Positions 24,561 through 39,774 are shown, counted from the stretch's first letter. The stretch: 64,000 bases of DNA from the human T2T-CHM13v2.0 reference genome, Homo sapiens (GCF_009914755.1 NC_060926.1), one strand, 5' to 3'. Notes: generated by a model not told the origin, from the sequence alone. Numbers and translations: made by a program.

Positions 24561-27030
24561 TGACTGGCATTGCTGGTTGGCACTGCCATTAACTGAGGCA
24601 GATAATGCAAGGCATGCAACGAGTCTAAAGGAAAAGCTACCAAATTCACAAATGTCTCCTGTCATCTTATCATTGTCATTTATTATTTACTGTTACTTTG
24701 GTCAAAAGGTTTCAAAGATATCAAAACTGCCGAGGAAGCCCAATGACACACAGTCTAAATTACCAGTAATTTTAAGTTAGCAAATTCTTAATTAATGAGA
24801 ATTTACTTTAAATGTAATTGGTTCTCATATGTTGGTTATGTTTTTTATGTTTTCACAAATATTTCCTTAGAATATGATGACGTAATATGGTAGAGTCATA
24901 GCATGTCTTTTAGCATAGTCTGCTTAAAATGTTGTGACCACTTAATAGCGATGTTCAAATGATCAAAAGTTGCATCATTTTTAATCTAGAGACAGCTCAA
25001 AAAAACTCAAGCCTTTGGTCATGTCAAAAGGAAGTCTCACATTCCAGGTTCAAAGGGAAAGGACATATCATCTCTAGAGTATAGCTAATTGCCATAGTGT
25101 GTATATTTTCAGAGTTATCATAGGCTAAGTGTTTTGGTGGGAGCATTTCTTCTCCTGTATCTTTTATTGTTTCAGTCTTGGACATTTAATCCATCTAGAT
25201 TATTAAATATGAATGAGAAAAGTTGTGCTCATCAAGTTTCAGATATTCCCAAAGTTACAAAGGCCATTGTCCAAGGGCATTTTTAGAACAATCCTGGATG
25301 GTTCAGGTGTCTCCTCTGTGACTCAGTCATTCCAGAGTCTTGTTTCCTTGCCTGGCACTTTCTTAAAGACATGTAGTGGGGTGTGGTAGACAGAAAATAA
25401 ATGCATGACACTTTTTAAAGAATTTTTCTTTATATTATTATTGAGATTTAAAAATATCTTTAAATAACTATTAAACAATAGAAATATTGAATGGTATTCC
25501 CTCCTTTTCTATCACTATCAGGATGGCTCCTTTAAAATGTAATGTAATCATGTTGTGTTTGTTTTTCTCTGCCTATTTTGATATAGTAAAATACTGTCTG
25601 GATTCAATTGTAAAATGTATATTTAGCATACTAACAACAACACAAAAGGCTTTGATTTTAAAAGGAAAAAAATTTCACAATCTTGCACATCAGCTGTTTC
25701 CACTTAGTGTTTGCATGTTCATGCTCATACAATTCCTGACACCATCATATTCATGATAAATAGTTTTTTGATTTGATTTCGGAAATCTACAAAAACACCC
25801 AGGAAATATGAAAGAGAGGGAAATTAAGAGCACTTACGGGTGGGGTGGGGTTGAGGCACCCAGGGCAGAAGAACCCAAAGAGAGTCTGAGGTGTGGAGGG
25901 AGCCTTGGAGGGCTTCAGATGACATCTTTCAAAATTGAAGAAAGCCTCCTCCGATAGACAAGTGTTGCCTCTGGGGCGTTTTCCTGGGTATTATCTGAAC
26001 ACTTCAACCTCAGAGCAGCTGGAGGGGAGTCTGCTTCAAGAATTTTAGCCCTACCTTGTGCCAGGGAAACTCCAGAGACCGGCTCACGGGCAACTTATGG
26101 CTTCCAACGCCAGGACTCCTGGCTGGAGCAGGGCTGGGCAGGCCTTCTTTGAGGCCACTGCCAGGCCCCCTCCATAACAATTGTGCCTGACATTTACAGA
26201 GCCTTCCTGGGTTCTAGGCAGGATTCAACTCCCTCAACAGCCAGTTTTCCATTATTAATACCTATCGGTATGCATCACTTTTAAAAAGGAAGATGAAAAA
26301 TAACAAGAAGGGCATAAATACCCCCTCAAATCTTTGATAACTGAGGTGTGCAATATTATAGGGAAAAGAAATATGGCTTTTCAGTTGTTTCACTGTATTT
26401 GAGGTCTTCATTTGGGTTCTAGACAACTCCCACCAACAAACACTCACACACGTACACACACACCACACACACCCCACAGATACACAGTGGTCTTGCTTCA
26501 TAAGACAAAGGAGACTTTCCATATCCCTTTCCTGATCTAACCAGGTCAAGTCTCTCTATTATCCTCACTTTGAACACCATGTATCTCTAATTAAACAGCA
26601 CTTTGTGATGTTGTAATATTATAAGTATAGATTTTTAAAATTAATATGTTTTTCTCAATTTTTCATTCTGTGTTACAAAAACCATCACTTCCCTCCTTCC
26701 TTCCTTCCTGCCTCCTTCCCTTCTACCCTCCGCCCTTCCTCACATTATCCTGCAGCACTGGGCATGTTACATGTAAGCTGAATGATGCACACAATGATGA
26801 TGGAACACTGGCAGAGGTGACTCTGCATCCTCATTCCCTTGCAAAGGGGAAACTGTAGACCCATCTGTATACATGTTGAGCTTTTCTACATGAGGGAGAG
26901 GTGCTGGAATGTTTAAAGTCATTATTTCTTCTCTCTGGACTGTTAACATGCCCTCAGCTTCTCTCATCCACAGGCAACTGAATCATTGGCTCATTGTAAG
27001 CCAGCTAGCAGAGGTCTCTGGTTGTGGTGG

Positions 27031-27394
27031 TGATATGGTTTGGATTTGTGTACCCACCTGAATCTCATGTTGAATTGTAATCCCCAGTGTTGGAGGTGGG
27101 GCCTGGTGGGAGGTGATTGGATCATGGTGGCAGATCTCCCTTTTGCTGTTTTTGTGATAGTGAGTGAGTTCTCATGAGATCTGGTTGTTTGATAAATGTC
27201 TGGCATTCCCCTCTGCTCGCCCTCTTTCTCTCCTGCTCCAAGGTAAGATGTGCCTGCTTCCCTTTCACCTTCTGCCATGATTGTAGGTTTCCTGAGGCCT
27301 CCCCAGTCATGTTTCCTGTATATATATATATATATATAAATATAAATCCAGTCTCATGTAGTTCTTCATAGCAATGTGCGAATGGACTAATACA
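27031..27394 (+). mobile_element. MSTA-type MaLR solo LTR
   Basis: TGATATGGTTTGGATTTGTG..GGAGGTGGGGCCTGGTGGGAGGTGATTGGATCATGG..GGACTAATACA; TSD GGTGG/AGTGG. Confidence 0.93.
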
Positions 27395-29139
27395 AGTGGG
27401 TCCCAGGCATCATGCACACAGATATGTGTATGGTCATAGTATGGTATATGTGCAGATTTGATGTAGAACTACACGATGTTCTAGGGTCTTGCAGACATGC
27501 ATATTCAATGAATAGTACATAAGAATTATCCACCCCCATTGTTATGGTTGTTATTGACTCAGTTTGCCACACTTTCGTGCTTAGCTTTCATTTAGCAAAA
27601 ACCAGCCCTCATAAATCAAGCTGCATATGACACGATAGAAGGGAAAGTGAGAAGATTTGCATTATCTTCTGGGAAGGATTATAGAAAGGAGCTTCATTAG
27701 AAATTGGGAGTGACAGGAAGAGAACACTTTTTTTTTTTTTGTTAAGTCTAACTCCCATCTGTGGAAGCACAGAGGCAAGATGCCTTCCCATTGCATGGAG
27801 CCCCTATAATTGATGCATGTGTGGTGGCTGGGAGAGGAAGACTGGGCCAAGGACATCATTTGCTGTCTGTTTGGCAAATAACTGCAGGGTGGTCTTATAT
27901 AAATCATATTTATGGGTGTCATCCAGAGCTAGAAAGGGTGATGAGGCCACAGAATGTCATGCTAACTGGGCAAGGCAGTCATGGGTATGTTTGAAAATAC
28001 AAAGCAGAACTTTGTTGAATGTTGACCCCTTCCCCTGGCCCCCTGATTAAGACAAGAATAGAAAAATACATGGATCTCATGTAAAATGGAATTTTGTTTA
28101 ATAAGATGAGAAGGAGGAATAGCAAATTTTCATTGTGGAAATAACCGCCAAAAGTCTAGATTGTTGTAAATATGGTTTCCCAATAGTACCATCAAGGAAA
28201 ACAACACAAATATTTGTATGTGATGGCTTAAAGTGAATGAAGACTGGGTGAATTTATAGGCTTTGGAGGATTTGTTCTCAAGACAGCTGTTGGGCTGTAC
28301 CTCAAGCAGTGTCAGGTCAGTGAAATCAGCACACACATAGGACAAGGCATAACAGAGCACCTTGTAATTTGCAATATTTCATTAAAGACTCACACAAAAA
28401 TCAACGTAATGTGATACTTGCAACTTCAAAAGCAAATCTCAGTTGATAATAAATCGTCACATGCTGACAATCTTGGTGAAGGAAATCGCACTGTTTAGGG
28501 TGAAGAAAACCTGCCTCAACGTGTAGTTCTATTTTGAGAGTCAGGGTTGGTTCACCCTGGGGAACTATTGGTCCAGTTGAGGGGACCTTCAATTACTACA
28601 AGGATAGCCAGTCCTCCTCATTGCCTTGATGGTTTTGAATTTCCAGGCTTTAAAACCTGATCCTTTAAAGGCAAAGCAGGGGGCAACAAGATGCAGAGAT
28701 AACAGCAAGGCAGTGGATGTGACGGTTTGCCACCTTTGTGTTTTTGTTGTTTGCTTGGAGTGAAATAGCCACAACTTGCAATTTGAAACTAAAGGTGGAT
28801 CATTCTAAGGTCCCAGTGGAATCATGTTGATGAGTAGGGTGGATCTAATCCAGAAAAGCATAAACACCAGCCTCAGCTAATTCAGAAAGGGCGTGCCCAG
28901 TGAGGTTGGGAGATTGGTGGTCTCCTTTGTCAGCAGATGAGAATAGCTGAAATTTACATTCTTTCCACAGGCTGCCAAATACACAGACACACGCATTCAC
29001 CTATTATGTGGGTTTATATGTGCAAATAGGCAGGCCAAAAGTAGGATTAGATGAACCTGAATCAGAGGAATGATCAAAACTGGATAAGTGATTCTTTTAA
29101 AACATTAAAGTGTGTGTGTGTGTGTGTGTGTTTTATTTT

Positions 29140-29390
29140 GCCATGTATAGTGAAGTGGAGCAGACACTGGATTTTTCATCTTAGAAAACCTAGATTTTAA
29201 TCTTACCTTGACCATTTCTAGGTGTGCTTTCAGTGGCACATTATTTAAGCGCTCTCATTTCATTTCTTTTTTTGTAAATTGGCTTTAGTATTAATACCCA
29301 GTTCACACACATCTTTTTAAAAGGATTAAACATACCTGGTGGAATGCCTGCCTCTTAAAGGGCATGCAGTCAAGTTCAGCTACTGTGTTT
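29140..29390 (+). mobile_element. MIR fragment, preceded by (TG)n at about 29110-29130
   Basis: TAGTGAAGTGGAGCAGACACTGG..AGAAAACCTAGATTTTAATC..AGGATTAAA. Confidence 0.55.
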
Positions 29391-29941
29391 AGTAATGTAT
29401 CTGATGATAGGCACATATTTTAATATTCTATTACTTAACTTCACAAAATTACTTATTCACACAAAAGAAAGCAGAGGGTGCAAAGGTTTATTTGACTTTA
29501 CGTCAAAAACACAACACACTCCTCTCTGCGTTATTTTCCTTTTCTTTCTCAAATCTTAATGCTATGACTACTTTTCTTCCATTTAGTTAAGAAAAGTCAA
29601 CATTGCTGAAGGCTGTTTATACTGCTTGGGGATGATGAACCTCTATCCCATAATCCAGCCCTTGGTTTAATTCCATCTAGCCCACATAGATAAAGGAAAA
29701 ACAAAAGAGTTTATACTTCTCTTTCAACATTTTAAAGAAGTAAACTTTTCTAAATTGTTTCATTTTTAAGTTATTTTTTTCAAAGTCGTAGCCAAATATA
29801 TACATAACAAAACCTTTCCCATTTTAACCATTTTTAATTATACAATTTGGTGGCATTAAATACACTCACAGTGTTTGGCAACCATCATCACATCCATCTC
29901 CAGAACTTTATTATCATCCTGAACATAGTACCTATGAAACC

Positions 29942-30315
29942 TGTGATGGTTAATGTTGAGTGTCAACTTGATTGGATTGAAGGATACAAACTATTGATCC
30001 TGGTTGTATCTGTGAGTGTGTTGCCAAAGGAGATTAACGTTTGAGTCAGTGGGCTGGGAAGGGAAGACCCACCCTTTATCTGCGTGGGCACCATCTAATC
30101 AGCTGCCAGTGCAGCTAGAATATAAAGCCGGAAGAAAAATGTGAAAAGAGAGAGACTGGACTAGCCTCCCAGCCTACATCTTTCTCCTGTGCTGGATGCT
30201 TCCTGCCCTCGAACATTGGACAGGTTCTTCAGTTTTGAAAGTAGACTGGCTCTCCTTGCTCCTCCGCCTACAGATGGCCTAGTTTGGGACCTTGTGATTG
30301 CGTGAGTTAATACTT

Positions 30316-30367
<52 letters not shown>

Positions 30368-30420
30368 TTATATATGTATATATATATATTCTGTCCCTCC
30401 GGAGATCCCTGACTAATACA
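29942..30420 (+). mobile_element. MLT2A1-type solo LTR (HERV-L)
   Basis: TGTGATGGTTAATGTTGAGTGTCAACTTGATTGGATTGAAGG..CTAGCCTCCCAGCCTACATC..CCCTGACTAATACA; TSD AAACC/AGACC; (TA)n(CA)n at about 30316-30388. Confidence 0.92.
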
Positions 30421-30653
30421 AGACCATAACTTTCCATTTTACCATCCCCTCAGCCTCTGGAACCTTTATTCTACTTTCTGCCTCTATGAAGTTGAAAGTT
30501 TTGGATATCTCGTGGAAGTGCAATCATAGAGTATTTGCCCATTTATGTTTGGCTTATTTCACATAGCCTGTCCTCAAGTTTCATTCGTGTTGTAGCATGC
30601 ATCGAAATTTCATTTCTTTTAAAGGTCAAGTAATATACCATTGTACATATACA

Positions 30654-30964
30654 CAGTCAACCCTCAGTACTTGGGGGTTGGACTCAGGACCCATTGCAGA
30701 TAACAAAATTTGAAGGTGCTCCAGTCCCTGATATAAAATGATGTAGTAATCACATATATCTTACACATATGTCATGTATACTTTAAATAATCTCCAGATT
30801 ACTTATAATATGTAATACAATGTAAATGCTATGTAAATAGTTGTTATACTGTATTTTTATATGTATTATTTTTTGTTGGTTTTTAAATTGTTTTTTCCAA
30901 ACATTTTTGATCTGAGATTGGTTGAATTTGTGGGTGCTGAACTACAGATACAAGGGGCTGATTG
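30654..30964. mobile_element. MER2-family TcMar-Tigger MITE
   Basis: CAGTCAACCCTC..AGTCCCTGATATAAAATG..AATACAATGTAAATGCTATGTAAATAGTTGTTATACTG..GGGGCTGATTG followed by TA. Confidence 0.88.
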
Positions 30965-31150
30965 TACCACATTTTGTTTATTTAGTCATCCAATTATAGA
31001 CATTTGGTTGTTTCTACATTTTCACCATTGTAAATAATGTGCTATGAATGCTGGTGTACAAATATATGTTTCTGAGTCCCTGCTTTCAATTTCTTTGGGT
31101 ATATTCCAAGAAGTGAAATTACTGAATCACATGGTAATTCTATGTTTAAT

Positions 31151-31432
<282 letters not shown>

Positions 31433-32260
31433 TCACAGATGCTGCATGATTTTTCACTTCCACCAGGAAGGCACGAGGGTTCTGATTTCTCCATATTCTT
31501 CAACACTTGTTATTTTCTTATTTTGACATAGTTATCCTAATGAGTGTGAAATGGTATCTCATTGTGGTTTTGATTTGTAGTTCCCCAAAGGCTAATAACA
31601 TTGAATATCTTTAATGTGCTTATTGAGCATTCATATCTCCCTTGAAGAAATGTCTATTCAAGATTTTGGCAAATTTTGATTTGGGTTATTATTTGTGGGT
31701 TTTTTTTTTTTGGTCACTGAGTTATGGAAGTTTTTTTAAAAAAATATATTCTGGATGTTATTTCTTCATTGGATATATGCTTGGCAAATATTTTCTCTTA
31801 TTCTGTATGTTGTCTTTTCACTCTCTTGTTAGTATACTTTAATGCATAAATGTTATAAGTTTTTGTAAAGTCAGTTTGTTTTTCGTTTGTTAATTGTGTT
31901 GTTTGAGTGATTTTTTAAAAACAAGCATTTATTAAATGCCTCTGAGTACCCTTGTCCCCAGTGTGGTTGATCTCAGAGAATCAACTGTGCAGGGTGATCT
32001 TGCGGACCCTGCTTCCCTGGGTGCCTATATTTCTTTGTGTACCTCAGCTGACATAAATGACACTGGTGTTTCTTGACACCTTCATTTAGATGCCCATCAC
32101 CAAGGGGAGAGTTTAGCTGAACAATAGTGATCACTCCTATCATGCTGGCATTTGTGTTTTTGGAAACCGAAACATCCTGGAAAAATTCTCCCAGTGATTT
32201 AGTAATTTAATTTCACAGTGTGCTTCATTTCACTGTACGTAAGTATAATTGCATAAATAG

Positions 32261-32965
<705 letters not shown>

Positions 32966-34557
32966 TACGGACACATATTGATTATTATAAAGTTGTTTTC
33001 TCATTCAGTCAGTTGTTTAAACCCACAGAATTCTATTTTTTAAGATCTAAAATTTGTTAGATATTCCGTAAGGAAAAAAATAATCAAATCTTGATTTATA
33101 CTGGCTGCCATGACTTATAATGCTCATGTACTTTCCTGAGACAGGCAGCATTCAATTTGCTTTCCCCTAAAGTAAGTCATAAATTTTTCATACTTTAAAG
33201 TAACTAGGATTGGATTACCTAACTCCTACCATATACATTCTTCAACTTTTCCTCCCTTCCTCTTTGAGCTCCCGGAATCTTAAAAAGAAATTATTAGTTG
33301 CCTTAGCTGACAACATAAGTACTTGGGCTGAAGGTTTACCCTCAGCAGGACCAATGGAAATTTTAATATCACCAATTCGATTACTCCATAAAGTGTAAGC
33401 TCTACAATACCAAACTTCTTATATGTTTGAAAGTCTTCTAAAAGTATACAAGTAGTCATTTCTCAACTGCATCTCCACACTGAAGAATGGAGAGGCTAAC
33501 AGAAGGTTAAGGAGACAGCTTTACTAAGTTGTGCTAAGTTTCTTAATATCAGGGGACACGTATGCAGATACACATATAAACATGTCACTGATGAACACAA
33601 ATTAGAATCTCTACTGAATGAAGAACAATTCATAAGTCAAATTCTTGGTCAAATTTTAATTTAGAAAATTGTGGCCAAATATCTGTCTTTCTGACAACCA
33701 TTAGCAAATAAGCTTTTAAAAAGCTGTTCTGCAAATGTGGTTGGATGTCAAAAGTCCTGTTTTATACTGCTGAGCTAGGTTCAGCAAGTCTATAGTTTAA
33801 TAATTGTTTTTAATAGTATATGTCTTTACAATAATAAGAGCCCAGGCTAAGAAATTAAGCCCCATATTTCAAAAATATATTTATTTGACCTATTATGCGT
33901 AAGAAACAATAGAGGGCAGAGTGGCTTAGTGCGAAGCCTGTGTAATACTCCTGCATGGGTTGGTGGAAGTTTTGAGTGTTCAGCGAGATAATGCACATAA
34001 GGCTCTTGGCACCTGGCCCAGTGCAGAGGACAGGGGAGGACCTTGAGGCGACCCTGGGGAGGAGACTGAGTCCAGGTCATACAGGACTATGTAGGAGACT
34101 TTGGTTTTTGCCAGAGCAATGTGAAACCATTGCAGGATTTTGGGTGGAGATGTGACATGATCTGATAAGACTGGTTTCTTTGCAGAGTTGAGACAAGTGT
34201 GGAGGCTACAGGAATTGGAGAAGCAGCCAGGGCATGAGGTAGACCTGGTGATGGGTTGGCTATATCAGATCAGAGTCCATTTCTGGTTTCCTTAACATGG
34301 TGGGTCTGGGTACCCACAGCAAAGAAAGCCATAATTAAAATAGCATCATGTCAGGAGGAGCTGCAGTGAATCATACGTTCAGGTTTATCACATAGAGCTT
34401 GAAGAGCTGCAGGAGGCAAATGGGGCCACTGACCTTGCAAGGGTTCAACTACCAGGCTCCAGGCACACAGTGCGGCTGGAATGTAAACCTGGTTCCAATT
34501 CCAAAGCTTGGGTCTTTTGTGAATGAGACTTTACCCGTGGCCCACAGTGATAGCACA

Positions 34558-34913
34558 ACATCTTAGATTGGGCTGCTATAACAAAGCACCATGGAGTGGG
34601 TGGCTGATAAAAAACAGGAATCTATTTTCTTCCAGTTCTGGAAGCTCGGGATCAGGGTGCCACCAGGGTCAGCTTCTGGTGAGGGCTGTCTTCAGGGTTG
34701 CAGATGATCGTCTATTCCCTGTATCCTCACACGTTGCAGAGAGCAAAGGAGCTCTCTGAATTCTCTTATTTAAGGGAATGAATCCTGTTCTTGAAGGCTC
34801 CTCCCTCATAATCTAATTACCTCCTAAAGGTACCACCTCCTACTACCATCATATTGGGGGTGAAAATTTGAACAAATACATTTTGTGGGTACACAAACAT
34901 TTGATTCATAATA
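34558..34913 (-). mobile_element. MLT1A/MLT1A0-type MaLR solo LTR
   Basis: GGGCTGCTATAACAAAGCACCA..CAGTTCTGGAAGCT..TTCTGGTGAGGGC..CTAATTACCTCCTAAAGG..ACACAAACATT. Confidence 0.88.
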
Positions 34914-34989
34914 TGCTACCAGGGAGAGACAACTGAACTTGACCTCAAGACTCCTTGAGTTGAACCTTGTTATTTTCACTTACAAATTA

Positions 34990-35350
34990 ATTAGGGATTC
35001 ACAGGCAAGTCATTTCACTTTGAGACCCTCAGTTTCCTCAATTGTAATTTGGGACTACACTATCTGCCCTACTTGCCTCAGCGCCCTGTAAATGCTACTT
35101 GCTTTAGAATGTAAGTTATGGAAGAGGAAGCTTAATGGAAAACATCACTGGGTTTCAGTTCTATGACCTGGGTTCAAAAACTGTGTGGCCTCTGGGAAGC
35201 AATTTAAACTCTCAGAGTTGTTTTTTCTCCTCTGTCAAATATAAATATAATAGTTGCAAAGAACTAACATCTGTATTGGTGAGGTCAAATTACATAATGG
35301 ATATGAAAATGATTTAAAAACTTTTAACATGAAATATAAATAGTTACTGT
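34990..35350 (+). mobile_element. MIR fragments
   Basis: GGCAAGTCATTTCAC..CCTCAGTTTCCTCA; GACCTGGGTTCAAA..CTGTGTGGCCTCTGGG..GTGAGGTCAAAT. Confidence 0.6.
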
Positions 35351-36362
35351 TCTCATGTTTATAAATCAGAGTTATTTTTGCATGGCCAAAGGAATTGATA
35401 AGTGATCCAGAATCTTTTATTCAGTCCCTCCTGTGTACCGTGACCTAAATTTGTAAGTCAGATGGTCTGGACTGGAGATGTCTTCAATCTATTTAGTAAA
35501 GTTTTATTTGAATAATGCAAGGGGAGACTCATAGGACCAAACCCATGAAGACACAGCTTTTTCTTTATCCATATCATTCTCATATTAGGCATTGCATTGT
35601 ATTTAGAATGCATAAATACAACCTAATTTATAAGTAGCATGGCATTTATAAGAGGCCGAGTTTCTAGATTAAATTTTGCTGGTTTGAGGTAGTTTATCCT
35701 ATTTGCTTTTTAAGTTGAAATATATATATTTGAAATCTTGGTGAAGCTAATTGACATGGAATTGTTGTGATATGTGTACATACACATTCATTTAAATGTA
35801 TTATTCCTGAGAAGTACTTTTTGGTTTGATTCTCCTTTGATTTCCAGAAGTTTTGCTGCTTGTCTATTAGCTTATTTCTTGCATTTTTCTTCCCAGTCTT
35901 CAATTACGTGGGGGGGTTTCATCTTGTGTAAGACATTTGGAATGAAATGTTGGAGGCCTTGCTCTATGTCTCCTGATGAGCGCGGTCTGCCTGACAATTA
36001 ATCAGAATGCAGTGATCTGTTTACAGCCAACAGCAGTTAATCATGTGTGCTACAGTGTTCAGAAGAAGAGGCATTACCGTTCCATCCATTTGTCTCTGGT
36101 TTTCTGCCTCTTCTGCTCTGCATAGCTCATCCAAAACCGCTTCCTAGCCTCCTCATTAGTTTGCTGAAATTTACATGGGAAATTGTTGTTGTTGTTGTTG
36201 TTTTCGGTTTCCATTACTTCTGTCACTGCCTAAAGTTGTAATAATGTTCTTATTGCCACACCAGTGGTATTGGAGATGCAGTACAAGGTAATGGTTAAGA
36301 CATAGGTTCTGACATTACACAGCCCTGGGTATACCACTTACTAACTAAATGACCTGAGCAAG

Positions 36363-36756
36363 TGATCCAATTTGGATATTTGTCCCAAGGCGAATCTCAT
36401 GCTGAATTGTAATCCCCCAAGCTGGAGTTGGGGCCTGGTGGTAGGTATTTGGACCATGGGGGCAGATCCTTCATAGCTTGGAGCTGCCATTGTGATAGTG
36501 AGTTCTCATGAGAGCTTGTCATTCAAAAGTGTGTGGTACCTTCCCTGCAATTCTTTCTCTCTTGCTCCTGCTTTCACCATGTGATGTGCCTGCTCCTGCT
36601 TCACCTTCTCTCATGAGTAAAAGCTGCCTGAGGCCTCCCTACAAGCCAAGCAGATATCAGAGCCATGCTTCCTGTGTGACCAATTAAACCTCTTTTTAAA
36701 ATGAATTACCCAGTTTCAGGTATTTCTTTATAGCAATGCCAAAACAGCCTAATACA
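36363..36756 (+). mobile_element. MSTA/MSTB-type solo LTR inserted in a MIR
   Basis: TGATCCAATTTGGATATTTGTCCC..GGGGCCTGGTGG..CAATTAAACCTC..CCTAATACA; perfect 5-bp TSD GCAAG at 36358-36362 and 36757-36761. Confidence 0.92.
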
Positions 36757-36877
36757 GCAAGTGACTTTACCTGCCTAGCTAAAATAGCCATTATGTTCAC
36801 AGGTTCTAACAGCCTTTTCACAAGTTCTACCAGCCTCCAAATAAAAGTTTTGTAAGCCTGTCCTAGGCACAAGATAC

Positions 36878-37262
36878 TAGTTAAAGTAAGTGCTAGTTGC
36901 TGCAACAGATACATCCCCAAATTTTAGTGGATTAACTTAGGAGAATGTATTTCTCACTGATGATGAGTCCAATTGCTGCCTTAGACGCTGCTCCATACAA
37001 TCATTCAGGGACCCAGGGTGACAAGAAAATCTGCCATCCTCACCAAGTGTCTTCCTGGACATCAGCATTGGGCCAGAAGACAGAAAAAGAGAAAGAAGGT
37101 GACCATTTGGCAGAGTCTCGTGGGGCAGGCCTGTAAATGTTGTACTTGACTTCCACCCACTTTTCCTTGCAAGGAAGGAGACTGCAAGGAAGCCTGGAAC
37201 TGACTGTGTGTCCAAGGGGAAAAAGAAATAGATTTGGTGAATACTTCCTCAGTCTTTGCCTT
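36878..37262 (-). mobile_element. MLT1J/K/L-type old MaLR LTR
   Basis: GCTAGTTGCTGCAACA..AGTGGATTAAC..TCATTCAGGGACCCAGG..TGTGTCCAAGGGGAAAAAGAAATAGATTTGGTGAA. Confidence 0.7.
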
Positions 37263-38283
37263 GGTCTACTTTCTCAGTCTGTGGGTGATATGAAAAATCT
37301 AGATATATGGCACACCTGCCTGCAGGTTATAATTCAGTGGAACAGGAGGTAAATGAAGCCATTAGAGAATAATGATGTGCTGAGTGATACAGTACTGACT
37401 GGAAGCACTAGGGGAGATGTGAACAAAGAGATCAAAGTAGGAAAGATCTTTCTGGGGAAGGTAATACCGGACATCTTATGTGACACTTGAATTTATCCTT
37501 AAAGACTTGCAAGTATCAGATACACATAAAGGAGGGGAAGGGTATTTGTATTCACTTCCCAGGATAACACAAAATTTATTCTGATGATTTCATTAATTTT
37601 GTTCCATGTATACTGCATGTAGATAAAAAGAGGAAAACCAATCAAACACTGGTGGCCTGCCAATTTTTTTCTAAGCTGATTTAAGTCTTTAGCCTCTATT
37701 TGATATACAGCCCCATGGCAAACATTGCTTTATGGGCTCAGATCAATGTATCCACAAAATGCAGACACTAAAACACTATGTTCACATCTGAAGATGCTGC
37801 GAATGTGGCTCTGCTCCATGAGTACAACCTACCACTGATCTGACATCTCCATTTGGATGTCTGAAAGGCATCACAATCTTAACACGTTCAATAATAGAGC
37901 TCTTGATTTTCCTCGACACCCTGACCTGTTCCCCATCTCAGTAAATTATACTGCTAGGCAATCAGTTGCTCAGGCCAAAAACCTGGGAGTCACCCTGGAT
38001 TGCTCTCTTTCTCTCACTTTCCCACACAATCCATCTTTCAGTTCTTCTGCTGTGTCTTAAAGATATATTCTGGATCCAAAATACATCTCACTTTCTTCAC
38101 AGCTAAAACTCCAGTCCAAGGCACCATCAAAGAGTTCTTTCTCCTTTTCCGCTTGTCCCCTAAAGATTTTTTTTTATATATACAGCGGCTGGAGTGAGCT
38201 TTTTAACACTAAAATTAGATCATTTTATTCTTCTTCTCAAAACTCTTTAAGGATTTTCTATAACAATCAAAGTCAAATCCAGT

Positions 38284-38610
<327 letters not shown>

Positions 38611-38877
38611 TCATTCTCCCTTGTGATCAATTTAGACATTGCACATAAGAAGCTCTTTGAGGGGTTTGCATTTGTGATTCTTTCTGAACAGAACTGTCTT
38701 ATTCCAGAAATCCATGGTCCCCACTCCCTTACTTCACCAAAATTCCTATTCAAATGTCAGTTCCTAAAATAGGCCTTCCTGGACCTTTTATCTAAAAACT
38801 CCACCTAGAATACCTTCTATACCCTCACCATTTTTATTTTTCTTAGTGAACATGATCTCCATATGAAATATATAGTT

Positions 38878-39188
38878 GGTTTTTTGTTTTCTTTTGTTTT
38901 GTTTTTAAGACAGAGTCTCCCTCTGTCGCCCAGGCTGGAGTGCAGTGGCTCACTGCAAGCTCCGCCTCCCGGGTTCACACCATTCTCCTGCCTCAGCCTC
39001 CTGAGTAGCTGGGACCACAGGTGCCTGCCACTACGTCCTGCTAATTTTTTTTGGTTTTCTTTTGTATTTTTAGTAGAGACAGGGTTTCACCGTGTTAGCC
39101 AGGATGGTCTCAATCTCCTGACCTCATGATCCACCCACCTCGGCCTCCCAGAGTGCTGGGATTCAGGCGTAAGCCACCGCGACCTGCC
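38878..39188 (-). mobile_element. AluY/AluSc8-type Alu with about 11-bp internal deletion
   Basis: GCAAGCTCCGCCTCCCGGGTTCACACCATTCTC; GTGCAGTGG|CTCACTG junction; 16-bp TSD TATGAAATATATAGTT at 38862-38877 and 39189-39204. Confidence 0.96.
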
Positions 39189-39774
39189 TATGAAATATAT
39201 AGTTTTTACTTGTGTAGTTTCATCTTCCCCAAGAATCCATGAGGCCAGGAACCTTGTCCAGAGTGTCCATCTCTGTGTTCCTCACAGGTAGGACAATATC
39301 TGCACATGCCAGATGGTTAATAAACTTTTCTTCAGGGAATAAGTGAGTAATGTATTTTAGGAGATACTGAATGTTTCTCGTCCACACTTTGAAGACTACA
39401 CTGTGTCACTAATTGCCCTCTAGAATTGGGTACAATACTTGTGAACACCGATGGTCTCAGAAGTGCTTAAATGCATGTAAAGAGGCAAAGTGACTTTAAG
39501 TCACGTTAGAATATGGTCTACTGAACTCTGAATTTCCTTATGTCAAGGCATCTGTGGTAGAGCGCACAGGGATGGAGTCAGAAATCTTGCCTTCTAGCCC
39601 TGCTTTGGCTCCAGATGTAATTTACAAACTTGATCTTCAGTTTCTTCATACTTAACATGAAGGGGTTTATGTTCATGACCTCTTCCTAAGATTCCTACCA
39701 GTCTAATATATGTCAAATGTTTTAAAAAGGGACAGATAAGGTAACATTTCCTTTAAAAGTTATTTAAAGAAGTG

